Assembly: GCA_027923505.1 (NCBI GenBank)
Contig: BROI01000002.1
Location: forward strand, 1,612,001 to 1,676,000
Origin: Mayamaea pseudoterrestris
Lineage: Eukaryota
Reading direction: 5' to 3'
DNA length: 64,000 nucleotides
The notes beneath the pieces are model-generated. The model was not told the DNA's origin. It ran no database searches and was given only the letters and a program-made list of their open reading frames with translations. Both the position numbers and the translations under genes were made by a program. Below, in pieces: positions 36,939-46,228 of the stretch (positions within the stretch are counted from its first letter, which is position 1; every line of letters begins with the position of its first letter).

Positions 36939-37640
36939 TCAAAAAATGACGCAACATGCCGCCTCGGCTCCCTTGTTGTTTCGCCGATACTGCTTCTTGT
37001 ATCCTTCCAAATACAAAAGCTGCTTTTCGTTAATTGCGCCACGTCGCTTCTTGCGCAAAAAGGAAACCGCCTCAACTGGATCCATGTTTGCAAACTCCAC
37101 GAGCGCAATGGCCACCATGACGGGCGCCCGCCCCAAGCCAGCCACGCAGTGCACGGCAATGCCAGTTTCACTGTTCGCCGCGTCATTTGCTGCAGTCTCG
37201 GTGGCAGCGCCGTAAAACGTTTCATCCACCAACTTGAGCCACGTCATGATGTGATCCTTGGGCGGACTCGTTCCATCCTTGTACTCCAGCTCGTGCAATT
37301 TAATGCCCGCCAGGTTCAACTCGTTGGCTGTGTACGTGACTTCGCAGACGCGCACCACATCCGTCACGTGGTGCTTGCGCATTTCCTTAATGTAGTAGTG
37401 CAGATTGCCTTGGCGCGGCGCGTCCATAATGAGAAACTTCATCTTGTCAACCTCGATCAAGGTCGGTTTCGTGCCGAGCGACATGTTGGGAGCGTTGCTG
37501 TGATTGCCGTTAGTAATAGAGCGCGATGGTCGGGTGTTGGTAATGCTGCTGCTCAACGTCGCACTTGCTACTGCGCTGGACTTCTTGCTTGCAACGTCAA
37601 GAGGACCTTCCGCTGCAGTAGATGCAGTCAAATGTTGCAT
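36939..37640 (-). CDS. PRL: PRL/PTP4A-type prenylated protein tyrosine phosphatase
   Basis: FLIMDAP...VVRVCE, active-site AVHCVAGLGRAP, RRGAINEKQL, polybasic tail and C-terminal CaaX (CCVIF). Start is ATG 37640 or 37484. Confidence 0.93.
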   Translation of the reverse strand: MQHLTASTAAEGPLDVASKKSSAVASATLSSSITNTRPSRSITNGNHSNAPNMSLGTKPTLIEVDKMKFLIMDAPRQGNLHYYIKEMRKHHVTDVVRVCEVTYTANELNLAGIKLHELEYKDGTSPPKDHIMTWLKLVDETFYGAATETAANDAANSETGIAVHCVAGLGRAPVMVAIALVEFANMDPVEAVSFLRKKRRGAINEKQLLYLEGYKKQYRRNNKGAEAACCVIF

Positions 37641-38458
37641 TGAATAACGAGGTATTAATAGTAGCAGTCTGTAAGTCAAGGAAGAAACGCGTCGGTGTTA
37701 GGTGTCAGTGACTTCGACGACGACGAGGCAAGCACTCGGAACAGCGCAAGGCTAGTAGCGGTAGGCGCGGAGGCAAGCCGCACAAGACTTATATCGGTGA
37801 AAGCATCAAGGTGAATCTCGCTTTCAGACAGTCGATATGTAAGCAAGGCCTCGGCTGCAGCAGCAGGAGCTTCAGACGTTCCGAGTCATCCGATGACAAT
37901 GGAAGAGCGGCGTCAACAAAAAGTCGCAACTTACACTCTTTACTGCAATACTCCGTCGACAGCAAGTTTACAATCAAAATCTAATGCTCTCGCCGCTTTC
38001 CGATTCTTGTTAATCGCGCCTCGTTAGCCAGGCTTGTCTCGTGCGCAAACGAAAAGGTTGCACAGCTGGGTCTGTAGTTGCCCCGCAGGGGCTTTTGCGA
38101 CGATCGTTTTGGTGAACCACAGATTGGTATAGGTAGAGACGCGCGCGTAAAAAGTAGAATGTACTTTTTTCAGCGGGTTCTGATATAGTATTGTAGATGA
38201 AGGCGGACGAGAGGAGGAGGAAGGTGGAAACGACTGGTGTGAAATGTGAACATCAGACTTCCATGCAGCGCTGCTTGCTGCCATGCCACGCTGCAAAAGC
38301 AACGCACGGTTGGACGGGGCTGCTCGGTCGGGAATACTTAGGGTTCGAGTACTTAATGTCAGACTCTAAGCACTACCGATGCGACTTTACGAAACAGCTA
38401 CATCAAAACGTGACGACGAGCGACCGTGGACCGTGGCCCGTGGCCCGTGGCGAAGATT

Positions 38459-38685
38459 TGATGAGTTTGGGTAGGATAGATAATGGGATCGGGTGAGTCA
38501 ACGGATAACTGCTATCACAGCGGTGTTCGGTGCGACATCCATCTTACCATGTTACTAAATACTGGATCGGTCTCCCTCTGCTCACTATTCTAACTTGGAG
38601 ACGAGTAAGAGGAGAGACTGGTCTGGGGCACGTATACGGGCCATTAGGACTACTGTAGCTTACAGGATTCAACTAGGATTCATCA
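38459..38685 (+). repeat. 5' LTR
   Basis: Direct repeat of 44350-44576 with 6-bp terminal inverted repeats TGATGA/TCATCA. Confidence 0.97.
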
Positions 38686-38724
38686 GCTTATGAGACGTAA
38701 TATCGACGGCTTATTCCAACGTGT

Positions 38725-41700
38725 ATGAACCAGAGATCAGCTAGAAGAATGGAACAACTCGTACGCAACCTCACGGGTTTGACGGACGATCAAGTTGCGC
38801 TTCTAGTGACTGAAGGAGTGAACAACATTAACGATGTATCAAGCCTCCAGTTTGACGACTTGCGTGGCATTTTACCAGCAGCGTCAGTCTTAACTGTTCG
38901 ACGTTTAGCCAGCGTCGGCAAGTACGTTGCTCGCGGCCAGCAAGTTAACGCATTGACGACGATGGCGATTGTTAACGCCTTTAACGACACGTCGGACCGA
39001 GCGCCGACGGCAGCGGCGGCTCCTGATCCAACTCGAGGCGCTCTCAAGCTTTCGGTCAATCCGATGGAAGACTTTAGTGGACTGTTGGACGACTGGGAGC
39101 TGTGGGCAATTGAAACGGATGCTTTGATGAAGCAGACGCCGTTTGCAAGTCTAATGGGAGATAACGCACCGCCGCAAGGCGACGTATTCCTACAGGCGCG
39201 TAACAAGGAGTTCCATGCCATGTTAATGAAGGCTTGCCACGGTGGACACGCGTTGCACATTGTTCAAGGCATTGAAAATGAAAACGGATTCGCTGCTTGG
39301 AAAGCGCTCATGGACTGGTATGGATCAAACGAAACGAGTCGTTCTTTGGTCGAGTACCATCGAAACAAACTCAAGAATGCTATTTGTGATGCCGATCATA
39401 CGGCGAGCGAGTACATTAACGTCTTCATTACCAGCTCGCAGAAGTTGGAGCAACTCGGCGAGGGTACTACGGAGGCGACGAAAAAGGTTTCTTTCTTGGA
39501 CGGCATCCAAGACGATGATTACGATGTCTGCAAGCAGAATCTCACTAATCAAGAGGACGCAACGTTCCAAGACTATGTAAACAAAGTAAGGAAGCGTGAG
39601 CAGGAGCTCAAGCGTCAGGAAACTGTGAACAGCTCGACGACGACGAAGACCAAGGCCAGACGCGCTCATAATGGAGGCAACGGCAAGGGCGAGTCGTCGG
39701 GTAACATTCCTTTCATTCCTCCTTTCATTTTGGCTCAGATTCAAGATCGTCCAGCCAAGACTGCGTTGATTCTGTGGCGCACAACATGGAACGAGGATAG
39801 AAGAATCATCCGTCCTGAAGACGTTCCGGAACAGACGGGAACAGCGACAGGGACCAACGGTGACCACAACACTAGTGGTACGAGCACTCAAAAGAAGAGC
39901 GGCAAAGGCAGGAAGTCGGGCAAGGGCGGAGCTAGGACACGTCGAACCTCGGCAACAACGGTTGACTCAACTGGAGTTGATGGGGGCGCTCCAGATGCCA
40001 CGATGGTTTCTGCAGGCGTCGTGAAAACTCGCTTGACCAAGACCGCCTTTAGAGGCCTTAAAGACTCAACAGTTGCTGTTCGGATCAAGGATTCGGACGA
40101 TGAAGGCAGCACAAGTACTGCTAGTGATGACGATGGTGAGGATGACAAGCCGAAGGATAAGCATGAGTCTTCTACTGCTACTGTCGGGAGCGCGTCACGT
40201 AAACGCAAACTGAAGAGCAGAAAGAAGCTTACGGCGCAAGGTTTAAAGTCTGCTTTAAAGAAGAAGGCGAAGAAGACTCGCCGTAACCCAAGATGCCGAC
40301 GCGGACGCGAGTCGGAACGACCAAGGGCAATCATCGATCCAGGATCGGAAGTTAATCTCATTGGTGGTGTTGGTTGGGAGGTAATCTCAAGAGTTAATCA
40401 GTCCACCAGAGTAAACGGAGCTTTACCAGGAATGGTTGGAAAGAAACTGCCGTTTGTTTGCGCGGTGACAGTTTACGAGCATCCCTCGAGAGGACCGCTA
40501 CTTATCGGTTGCGGCAACGTGGCTTGGGAAGATTCACTGGCACAAACTGAGTCTCTATTTAACTCACATTTGCTTTGTCAAGCAGGCGTTGATGTTGATG
40601 ACAAGGCCGAGCGTGACGGTGGTCTTTCAAGACTGAGCTTTGATGGAATTGAAGTTAAACTGGATTTCGTGACTCAGTCGACGCTCTCGTTCTATCATCG
40701 CAAGCCGACCGACAAGGAGCTAGTGACAATGAAGATTCACTGGCTCATCCCACGGAAACCAAGTATGGAAACTGGTCATCCCTTCATACCCATTCGGCGA
40801 GCACCTGCCGAGTTGATTGCGGAGCGAGCGGATTGGCGCTCACGACTCGGGAATTGCCAAGAGTTCGTGGCGGCCAAAACGCTGCAAGCAACAACGCAGT
40901 TGTGCGAAGCTCCCGTTGAAATGGAGAATAGAGAGAACCCTCGACAGCATCGCATGAAGCGTTTGTTGGCGTTGCATCCAAGACGGGTGGACGGTCGCAC
41001 AGACTCCGACACGTTCTTCTCTAGCGTCAAGTCCATACGCGGCTACACTTGTGTGCAATTGTTCTTCTCTTTAACAAGCAAATTTCTGTTTGCAAGGTGT
41101 TTGAAAAAGGAGAGCGAGTCGCATGCTGCGTATCAGGATTTTATAAGGTACATTGGCGCTCCGAACGTTTTACTCACGGATAACGCTCAGACACAAGTCG
41201 GCGCAAAGTGGACGAAAACAAGTCGCGAGCATTGCGTAAAGCAAAAGGCAACGGTACCTCATAATCAGCAACAAAACCAAGCAGAAGGAGGCGTCCGCAT
41301 TGTAAAGCAAAGAGTCATTCTGACGCTGCGTTACGCTCAAGCTCCGCTGGTGTTTTGGTGCTACTGTCTTCTCTTCATTATTGACTGTTTCAACCACAGC
41401 GCACGAGAGCAAATCGAATGGAGAACCCCTTACGAACGAATGTGGGGCACGACGCCTGACATATCGATGTTTCGGTTTAGTTTCTGGCAGCCTGTGTGGT
41501 ACTTTGAACCGACGGCCAAGTTTCCTCAACCGAACTTTCTGCCGGGGCGCTTCGTTGGAATTGCGTGGGATCATGGCGACGCGTTCACGTACCGGATTTG
41601 GACGACTCCGAAAGGAGATTGGCAAAGAGGGCGTGAATTGATACGCAACGTTGTGAAACCTCGCGTTGCGGAAGATACTGAGGCTCGCGCCGACTACAGT

Positions 41701-44256
41701 TTAAAGGACGACGAGTTTGAGTTGCTACGCAAGGACATGCTCGGTACGACTGCGCGCAGTCGCAAGCAAAAGCGGCAGGAGTCCAGGCGTCAAGCAAAGC
41801 AGAATACTAGTCGTTCCTCCAAGTCTGGTTGCGCTGGCGCAAGCGTCAGTGTTGATAATGAGGATGGCGCTGCAAGTTCTCCTCCGAGCAGCGATTCAGA
41901 GGAGAAGGGGGCAGTGAGCGCCAAGCGAGACGGAAAAGACAAGAAGGTGACGTTTCAAGTGTCTGATAATCACTCGGATTCCGAGTCGGAGTCGGTTGCG
42001 CTAGACGATGAAGGCAGTCACCGCAATGTGATTGTTGAAACTGTCGCCGAGGATGACGAGGAGGAGGACTCTGATAGCGAGACACCTAGCACTGCTAACA
42101 ATGTGGAACGGCCTGTAGAGGAGGCTGAGGCAGAGGAGCTGTTTCCTGGGTTTAATCCTTTGCAGAAGGACGACATCGAGATGACGACCGAAGCCAACAA
42201 TGCCTACTCAACGAAACAGAACGAACCAACCATTGGCGGCGCCCATGTTTGCTCTATCGTTGGCCATGAGTGGAAGGAAGGACGACTGCGGTTGCAAGTC
42301 GTTTGGTCGACCGGCGAGAAGAGCTGGGAGGAACTCAAAGACATGAAAGAGGATCATCCTAAGCTCACCGCTCGGTACATTCTGCACTATAACGTTACTC
42401 GATCTACAGGCACTGACCGTACAGTCTCTTGGGCCAAGAAAACCATGCGCGACCTTGACCGGGCCGTCAGGAGAATAGCAAGGTTGTATGACTTTCATCT
42501 CGACGAGAACGACGAGGTCTATACGGTGAGGCGCACGCAGAAGAAGAAGAAGAAACGACCTTTCTCTGCAAAGCCTGTACTCAAGTATGGAGTTCAAGTA
42601 CCAAGGAATGTGCGCGAGGCTATTCGATTGGATCAAGCCAATGGCGACCAGTATTGGCAGGACGCTATCAAGCTTGAAATCGGTTCATTGACGGACCTCA
42701 ACTGCTTTGAGTTCAAGGCGGCTGATCATCAGCCAGGAGCTGAGTATCAGAAGACGACATTAGTTGTAATCTTTGATGTTAAGCAAGATCTGCGTCGCAA
42801 GGCAAGGCTGGTTGCTGGAGGCCATCTGGTCGATGCTTTGGATCACAACATATACTCTTCGACGGTGAAAGGGATCAGCGTCAAGCTACTGCACGTTATA
42901 GCCCACAAGGCAAAGCTTCGCCAAGTATGTGGAGACGTGGCAAACGCATACGTGAATGCTTACACTAACGAAAAGGTATATGCACGAGCGGGACCCGAGT
43001 TCGGTCCTGAGTTGGAAGGCAAGATTGTAATCATTGTCAAAGCGCTATATGGTTTGTCAACCTCAAGCGAGCGATGGCATGCGCACTTTGCAGATACACT
43101 CAGAGGACTTGGTTTCGTTCCAACTGGATTTGATAAGGATGTATGGATTCGTAAAGCTGCAGATGGCTCCCATTACGAGTACATTTGTACGCACGTTGAC
43201 GACTTTATGATTGTCGGCAAGGAGCCAGAAGACATTATGAAGCAAATACAAGCCATCTATTCAGTAAAATCCATCGGACCGCCGGACTATTATCTTGGTA
43301 ACGATTACAAGAAGGACTCGAAGGGACGATGGTGCATCGGTTGCAAAAAGTACCTTACGGAGGCAATCAAACGGGTCGAGCGCACGTTCGGGTTGCTAAA
43401 CAAGTTTTCCAATCCAACGGCGACGGGCGATCACCCAGAACTTGATACTAGTGAGCTACTCAATGATGATGAGCATCGCAAGTATCAGATGTTGATTGGC
43501 ATGTTGGTTTGGATCGTCACAATCGGTCGAGCCGACGTCGCCCACGCTACTTCTTCTTTATCGCGGTTCACGGCAAGTCCACGTAAAGGGCATTTGGAAC
43601 GCGTTCTTCGGGTGTTTGGTTACTTAAAGAAGAGGCCTAACCGAAGGGTTGTGGTTGATTCAAGGGACGCTGAGCTCATCGGAGGAGCGGACGCTCTGTC
43701 GGCGGATTACACCAAGGAGCTTGCAGACCAGTATGAAAATGCTGTAGAGGAGATAGACGAGGGTCTACCGGAAGCGCTAATTGACGAGATCCTCATTACA
43801 GTCTTTGTTGATTCGGATCATGCGCACGATCAAGTGACGAGGCGGTCTATTACTGGACTACTCATACTGGTCGGTCGCACACCCGTCATGTATGCGAGCA
43901 AGCGACAGGGGTCCATCGAGACTTCAACCTATGGTGCTGAATTCTGTGCGATGAAGACAGCAGTAGAGGAGTTAATTGCTGTGCGTTATATGCTGCGATG
44001 TTTGGGAGTGAAGGTGGAGCACGCGAGCTTGGTTTGTGGGGACAACCAGGGGGTCGTCCAGAATGCAACTTTGAAGGGAAGCATCCTCAAGAAGAAGCAT
44101 GTTGCAATTGCATACCACAAGACGCGTGAGGCAGCGGCTGCTGGGATCTGCCATCCTATCAAGATTGATGGGAACGACAACTTTGCCGACTGCTTGACAA
44201 AGGGTCAAACGCAGAAGGCGTTCAGCAAGTGTGTTGGCGGATTCATGCATGGCTAA
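38725..44256 (+). CDS. Gag-Pol polyprotein (1,843 aa) of the copia element
   Basis: Protease IIDPGS; integrase DSDTFF...TDNAQ...QNQAEG; RT RKARLVAGGH, DVANAYVNA, KALYGL, THVDDF; RNase H FVDSDHA...ETSTYGAEF...DN...ADCLTK. No stops. Confidence 0.96.
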   Translation: MNQRSARRMEQLVRNLTGLTDDQVALLVTEGVNNINDVSSLQFDDLRGILPAASVLTVRRLASVGKYVARGQQVNALTTMAIVNAFNDTSDRAPTAAAAPDPTRGALKLSVNPMEDFSGLLDDWELWAIETDALMKQTPFASLMGDNAPPQGDVFLQARNKEFHAMLMKACHGGHALHIVQGIENENGFAAWKALMDWYGSNETSRSLVEYHRNKLKNAICDADHTASEYINVFITSSQKLEQLGEGTTEATKKVSFLDGIQDDDYDVCKQNLTNQEDATFQDYVNKVRKREQELKRQETVNSSTTTKTKARRAHNGGNGKGESSGNIPFIPPFILAQIQDRPAKTALILWRTTWNEDRRIIRPEDVPEQTGTATGTNGDHNTSGTSTQKKSGKGRKSGKGGARTRRTSATTVDSTGVDGGAPDATMVSAGVVKTRLTKTAFRGLKDSTVAVRIKDSDDEGSTSTASDDDGEDDKPKDKHESSTATVGSASRKRKLKSRKKLTAQGLKSALKKKAKKTRRNPRCRRGRESERPRAIIDPGSEVNLIGGVGWEVISRVNQSTRVNGALPGMVGKKLPFVCAVTVYEHPSRGPLLIGCGNVAWEDSLAQTESLFNSHLLCQAGVDVDDKAERDGGLSRLSFDGIEVKLDFVTQSTLSFYHRKPTDKELVTMKIHWLIPRKPSMETGHPFIPIRRAPAELIAERADWRSRLGNCQEFVAAKTLQATTQLCEAPVEMENRENPRQHRMKRLLALHPRRVDGRTDSDTFFSSVKSIRGYTCVQLFFSLTSKFLFARCLKKESESHAAYQDFIRYIGAPNVLLTDNAQTQVGAKWTKTSREHCVKQKATVPHNQQQNQAEGGVRIVKQRVILTLRYAQAPLVFWCYCLLFIIDCFNHSAREQIEWRTPYERMWGTTPDISMFRFSFWQPVWYFEPTAKFPQPNFLPGRFVGIAWDHGDAFTYRIWTTPKGDWQRGRELIRNVVKPRVAEDTEARADYSLKDDEFELLRKDMLGTTARSRKQKRQESRRQAKQNTSRSSKSGCAGASVSVDNEDGAASSPPSSDSEEKGAVSAKRDGKDKKVTFQVSDNHSDSESESVALDDEGSHRNVIVETVAEDDEEEDSDSETPSTANNVERPVEEAEAEELFPGFNPLQKDDIEMTTEANNAYSTKQNEPTIGGAHVCSIVGHEWKEGRLRLQVVWSTGEKSWEELKDMKEDHPKLTARYILHYNVTRSTGTDRTVSWAKKTMRDLDRAVRRIARLYDFHLDENDEVYTVRRTQKKKKKRPFSAKPVLKYGVQVPRNVREAIRLDQANGDQYWQDAIKLEIGSLTDLNCFEFKAADHQPGAEYQKTTLVVIFDVKQDLRRKARLVAGGHLVDALDHNIYSSTVKGISVKLLHVIAHKAKLRQVCGDVANAYVNAYTNEKVYARAGPEFGPELEGKIVIIVKALYGLSTSSERWHAHFADTLRGLGFVPTGFDKDVWIRKAADGSHYEYICTHVDDFMIVGKEPEDIMKQIQAIYSVKSIGPPDYYLGNDYKKDSKGRWCIGCKKYLTEAIKRVERTFGLLNKFSNPTATGDHPELDTSELLNDDEHRKYQMLIGMLVWIVTIGRADVAHATSSLSRFTASPRKGHLERVLRVFGYLKKRPNRRVVVDSRDAELIGGADALSADYTKELADQYENAVEEIDEGLPEALIDEILITVFVDSDHAHDQVTRRSITGLLILVGRTPVMYASKRQGSIETSTYGAEFCAMKTAVEELIAVRYMLRCLGVKVEHASLVCGDNQGVVQNATLKGSILKKKHVAIAYHKTREAAAAGICHPIKIDGNDNFADCLTKGQTQKAFSKCVGGFMHG

Positions 44257-44349
44257 GCTGATCTGTTGGAGTGCTCGATTGTTGTCTAACTTAATTGGAT
44301 TTGTTATTGCTTGTTGATGAGCGCGAGTTCTTCGTCGACTCAAGAGGAG

Positions 44350-44576
44350 TGATGAGTTTGGGTAGGATAGATAATGGGATCGGGTGAGTCAACGGATAAC
44401 TGCTATCACAGCGGTGTTCGGTGCGACATCCATCTTACCATGTTACTAAATACTGGATCGGTCTCCCTCTGCTCACTATTCTAACTTGGAGACGAGTAAG
44501 AGGAGAGACTGGTCTGGGGCACGCATACGGGCCATTAGGACTACTGTAGCTTACAGGATTCAACTAGGATTCATCA
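44350..44576 (+). repeat. 3' LTR
   Basis: Identical to the 5' LTR except C44524 versus T38633. Confidence 0.97.
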
Positions 44577-44695
44577 GATTGATGAGAGCATTGTCCCAGC
44601 GTGGCGAGAGGAACATTAAAATAAAACAGAGAAGGCCCATTTCTTTTGCCTACTAGATTCAGCAGCCAAATACAATCTTATCATTTCGAACAAAG

Positions 44696-45823
44696 ATGGA
44701 AAAATCAGCTAGTCAAGACGATGCTGCAGCTTTCGCGACAGAGACACGACGGCGCCACGACGACGAAGAAGAGGAAAATGAATTCCACGATACACGCAAT
44801 GATGCTACAACGAAGCGTCAGCGAATTGGAGACAAGTCCAGCGCACGTATTGCTGGCAAAAAAGCGCAAGGAAGTGACGTTTTGACGCTTGATATTGGAG
44901 GAGAAAAGACAGTCAAGACGCTTCGATCGACTTTGACCTACGCTTTAGGAAGCAAGCTTGCCGAAACATTTAGCGGACGCTGGGACGATTCTCTTCCCCA
45001 CAATAAAGAAGGAGACTTTTTCATTGATTACAAACCGGAGCTCTTTATTCCTCTACTTGACTTTCTACGAACCTTGAGCGTGGCGACGCTACCTGAAAAT
45101 AATCGCGTTCCACCTTTAACACCGCACTTTGACAATTCAAGCGCTGAAGAATCGTTTCATCGCATGGTAGATTCCTATGGTTTGACAAATGTTCTCTACA
45201 ATTATGAACTCTACAAGACAGGAAATCGTGCATATTCATGGAACGATCGAGTCAATCTGTCGGAAAGCTCTTCAATCTTTGACTGCCAAATAAAGTACAC
45301 TGATTGTAAAGGTTGCTTTGTCATTGATCGACCAAACCTTAAAAACGTAGCGCGTCATGTGCGACAGGTGCAATCTTTTAGTGTGGCGCTGGACAAAACA
45401 TTTGACGGTGTCATTGGTTGGATGCGGAGAGGCGAAAATACGGAGGTAGGCGAAGAGCGATTTTATGCTTACGCATATCCAATTTACGTTACCATGGAGA
45501 AGGGGAGGACAACTCTGATGTATTGTAATCATGACGGCGACTGTCTAGGGTTTGAGTTAGGCGAAAGAACCACGAAGAAGTGCGGGTCGAACTCGGTCCT
45601 CCGCTGCTGCAAGAACTATAGCACAGGCGATCTTGAATGGTACCTTGACGACGTTCTCGTTGCTACCACCAGCAAAATTCTGGAATACGGCGAAGGCGGA
45701 AACCTTGGCGACGAAAACTTGTTTCGAGTTGGATGGACCGCGCCGGACGACTACGAGATGATTCCACTTATTGAAGTTTTGTCAGGCACTTGCCACATTT
45801 CCGCTTTGGAGTTGGAGACGTAA
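44696..45823 (+). CDS. BTB/POZ (KCTD/T1-type) domain protein
   Basis: DVLTLDIGGEKTVKTLRSTLT...SKLAETFSGRWDDSL...FFIDYKPELFIPLLDFLR is a KCTD-type BTB domain. The beta-rich C-terminal region is not recognised. Confidence 0.85.
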   Translation: MEKSASQDDAAAFATETRRRHDDEEEENEFHDTRNDATTKRQRIGDKSSARIAGKKAQGSDVLTLDIGGEKTVKTLRSTLTYALGSKLAETFSGRWDDSLPHNKEGDFFIDYKPELFIPLLDFLRTLSVATLPENNRVPPLTPHFDNSSAEESFHRMVDSYGLTNVLYNYELYKTGNRAYSWNDRVNLSESSSIFDCQIKYTDCKGCFVIDRPNLKNVARHVRQVQSFSVALDKTFDGVIGWMRRGENTEVGEERFYAYAYPIYVTMEKGRTTLMYCNHDGDCLGFELGERTTKKCGSNSVLRCCKNYSTGDLEWYLDDVLVATTSKILEYGEGGNLGDENLFRVGWTAPDDYEMIPLIEVLSGTCHISALELET

Positions 45824-46228
45824 TAGTAGATGTATTTGGTTTTTAGCGCTGTGTCAACGAAATGCTACCATGTTGTGGTGTTTGTTGGTATGGATAGTGC
45901 GGATGGGTTTGCATCACGCTTAGCACAGCGCCGGGATCATTTGCAACACACACCCTTTCATGCATCTATCGATTCATTAAAAAAATCTACCTTATATAAT
46001 AATTTGTCTAATTACAAGTTCATGTTAGCTTTAGTGTAACACAAGGAGTCAACTGTCAATGTGCAGCATGGTACCGGTACTGTAGCACGCTGTCAAAGGA
46101 CGCAATCTCGAGTCGGCGGCGGACAGTTTGTGGACAAGATTACATACGTATTCGCGACGCCGCCACTCTGCTGGCCAAAGCGCCAAGCATGCCGCTGCAA
46201 CATGTTGTAGTCATCACTCATGCTCATG

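Larger units (their letters stand above)
38459..44576 (+). mobile_element. Full-length Ty1/copia LTR retrotransposon (CoDi-like)
   Basis: Two 227-bp LTRs (TGATGA...TCATCA) with one mismatch. GATT flanks both sides, a polypurine AAGAGGAG precedes the 3' LTR, and a single ORF has gag-PR-IN-RT-RH order. Confidence 0.97.

Noticed and set aside
38320..38360. GGTTCGA suggesting a tRNA T-loop
   Set aside because: I could not form an acceptor, D or anticodon stem around it.
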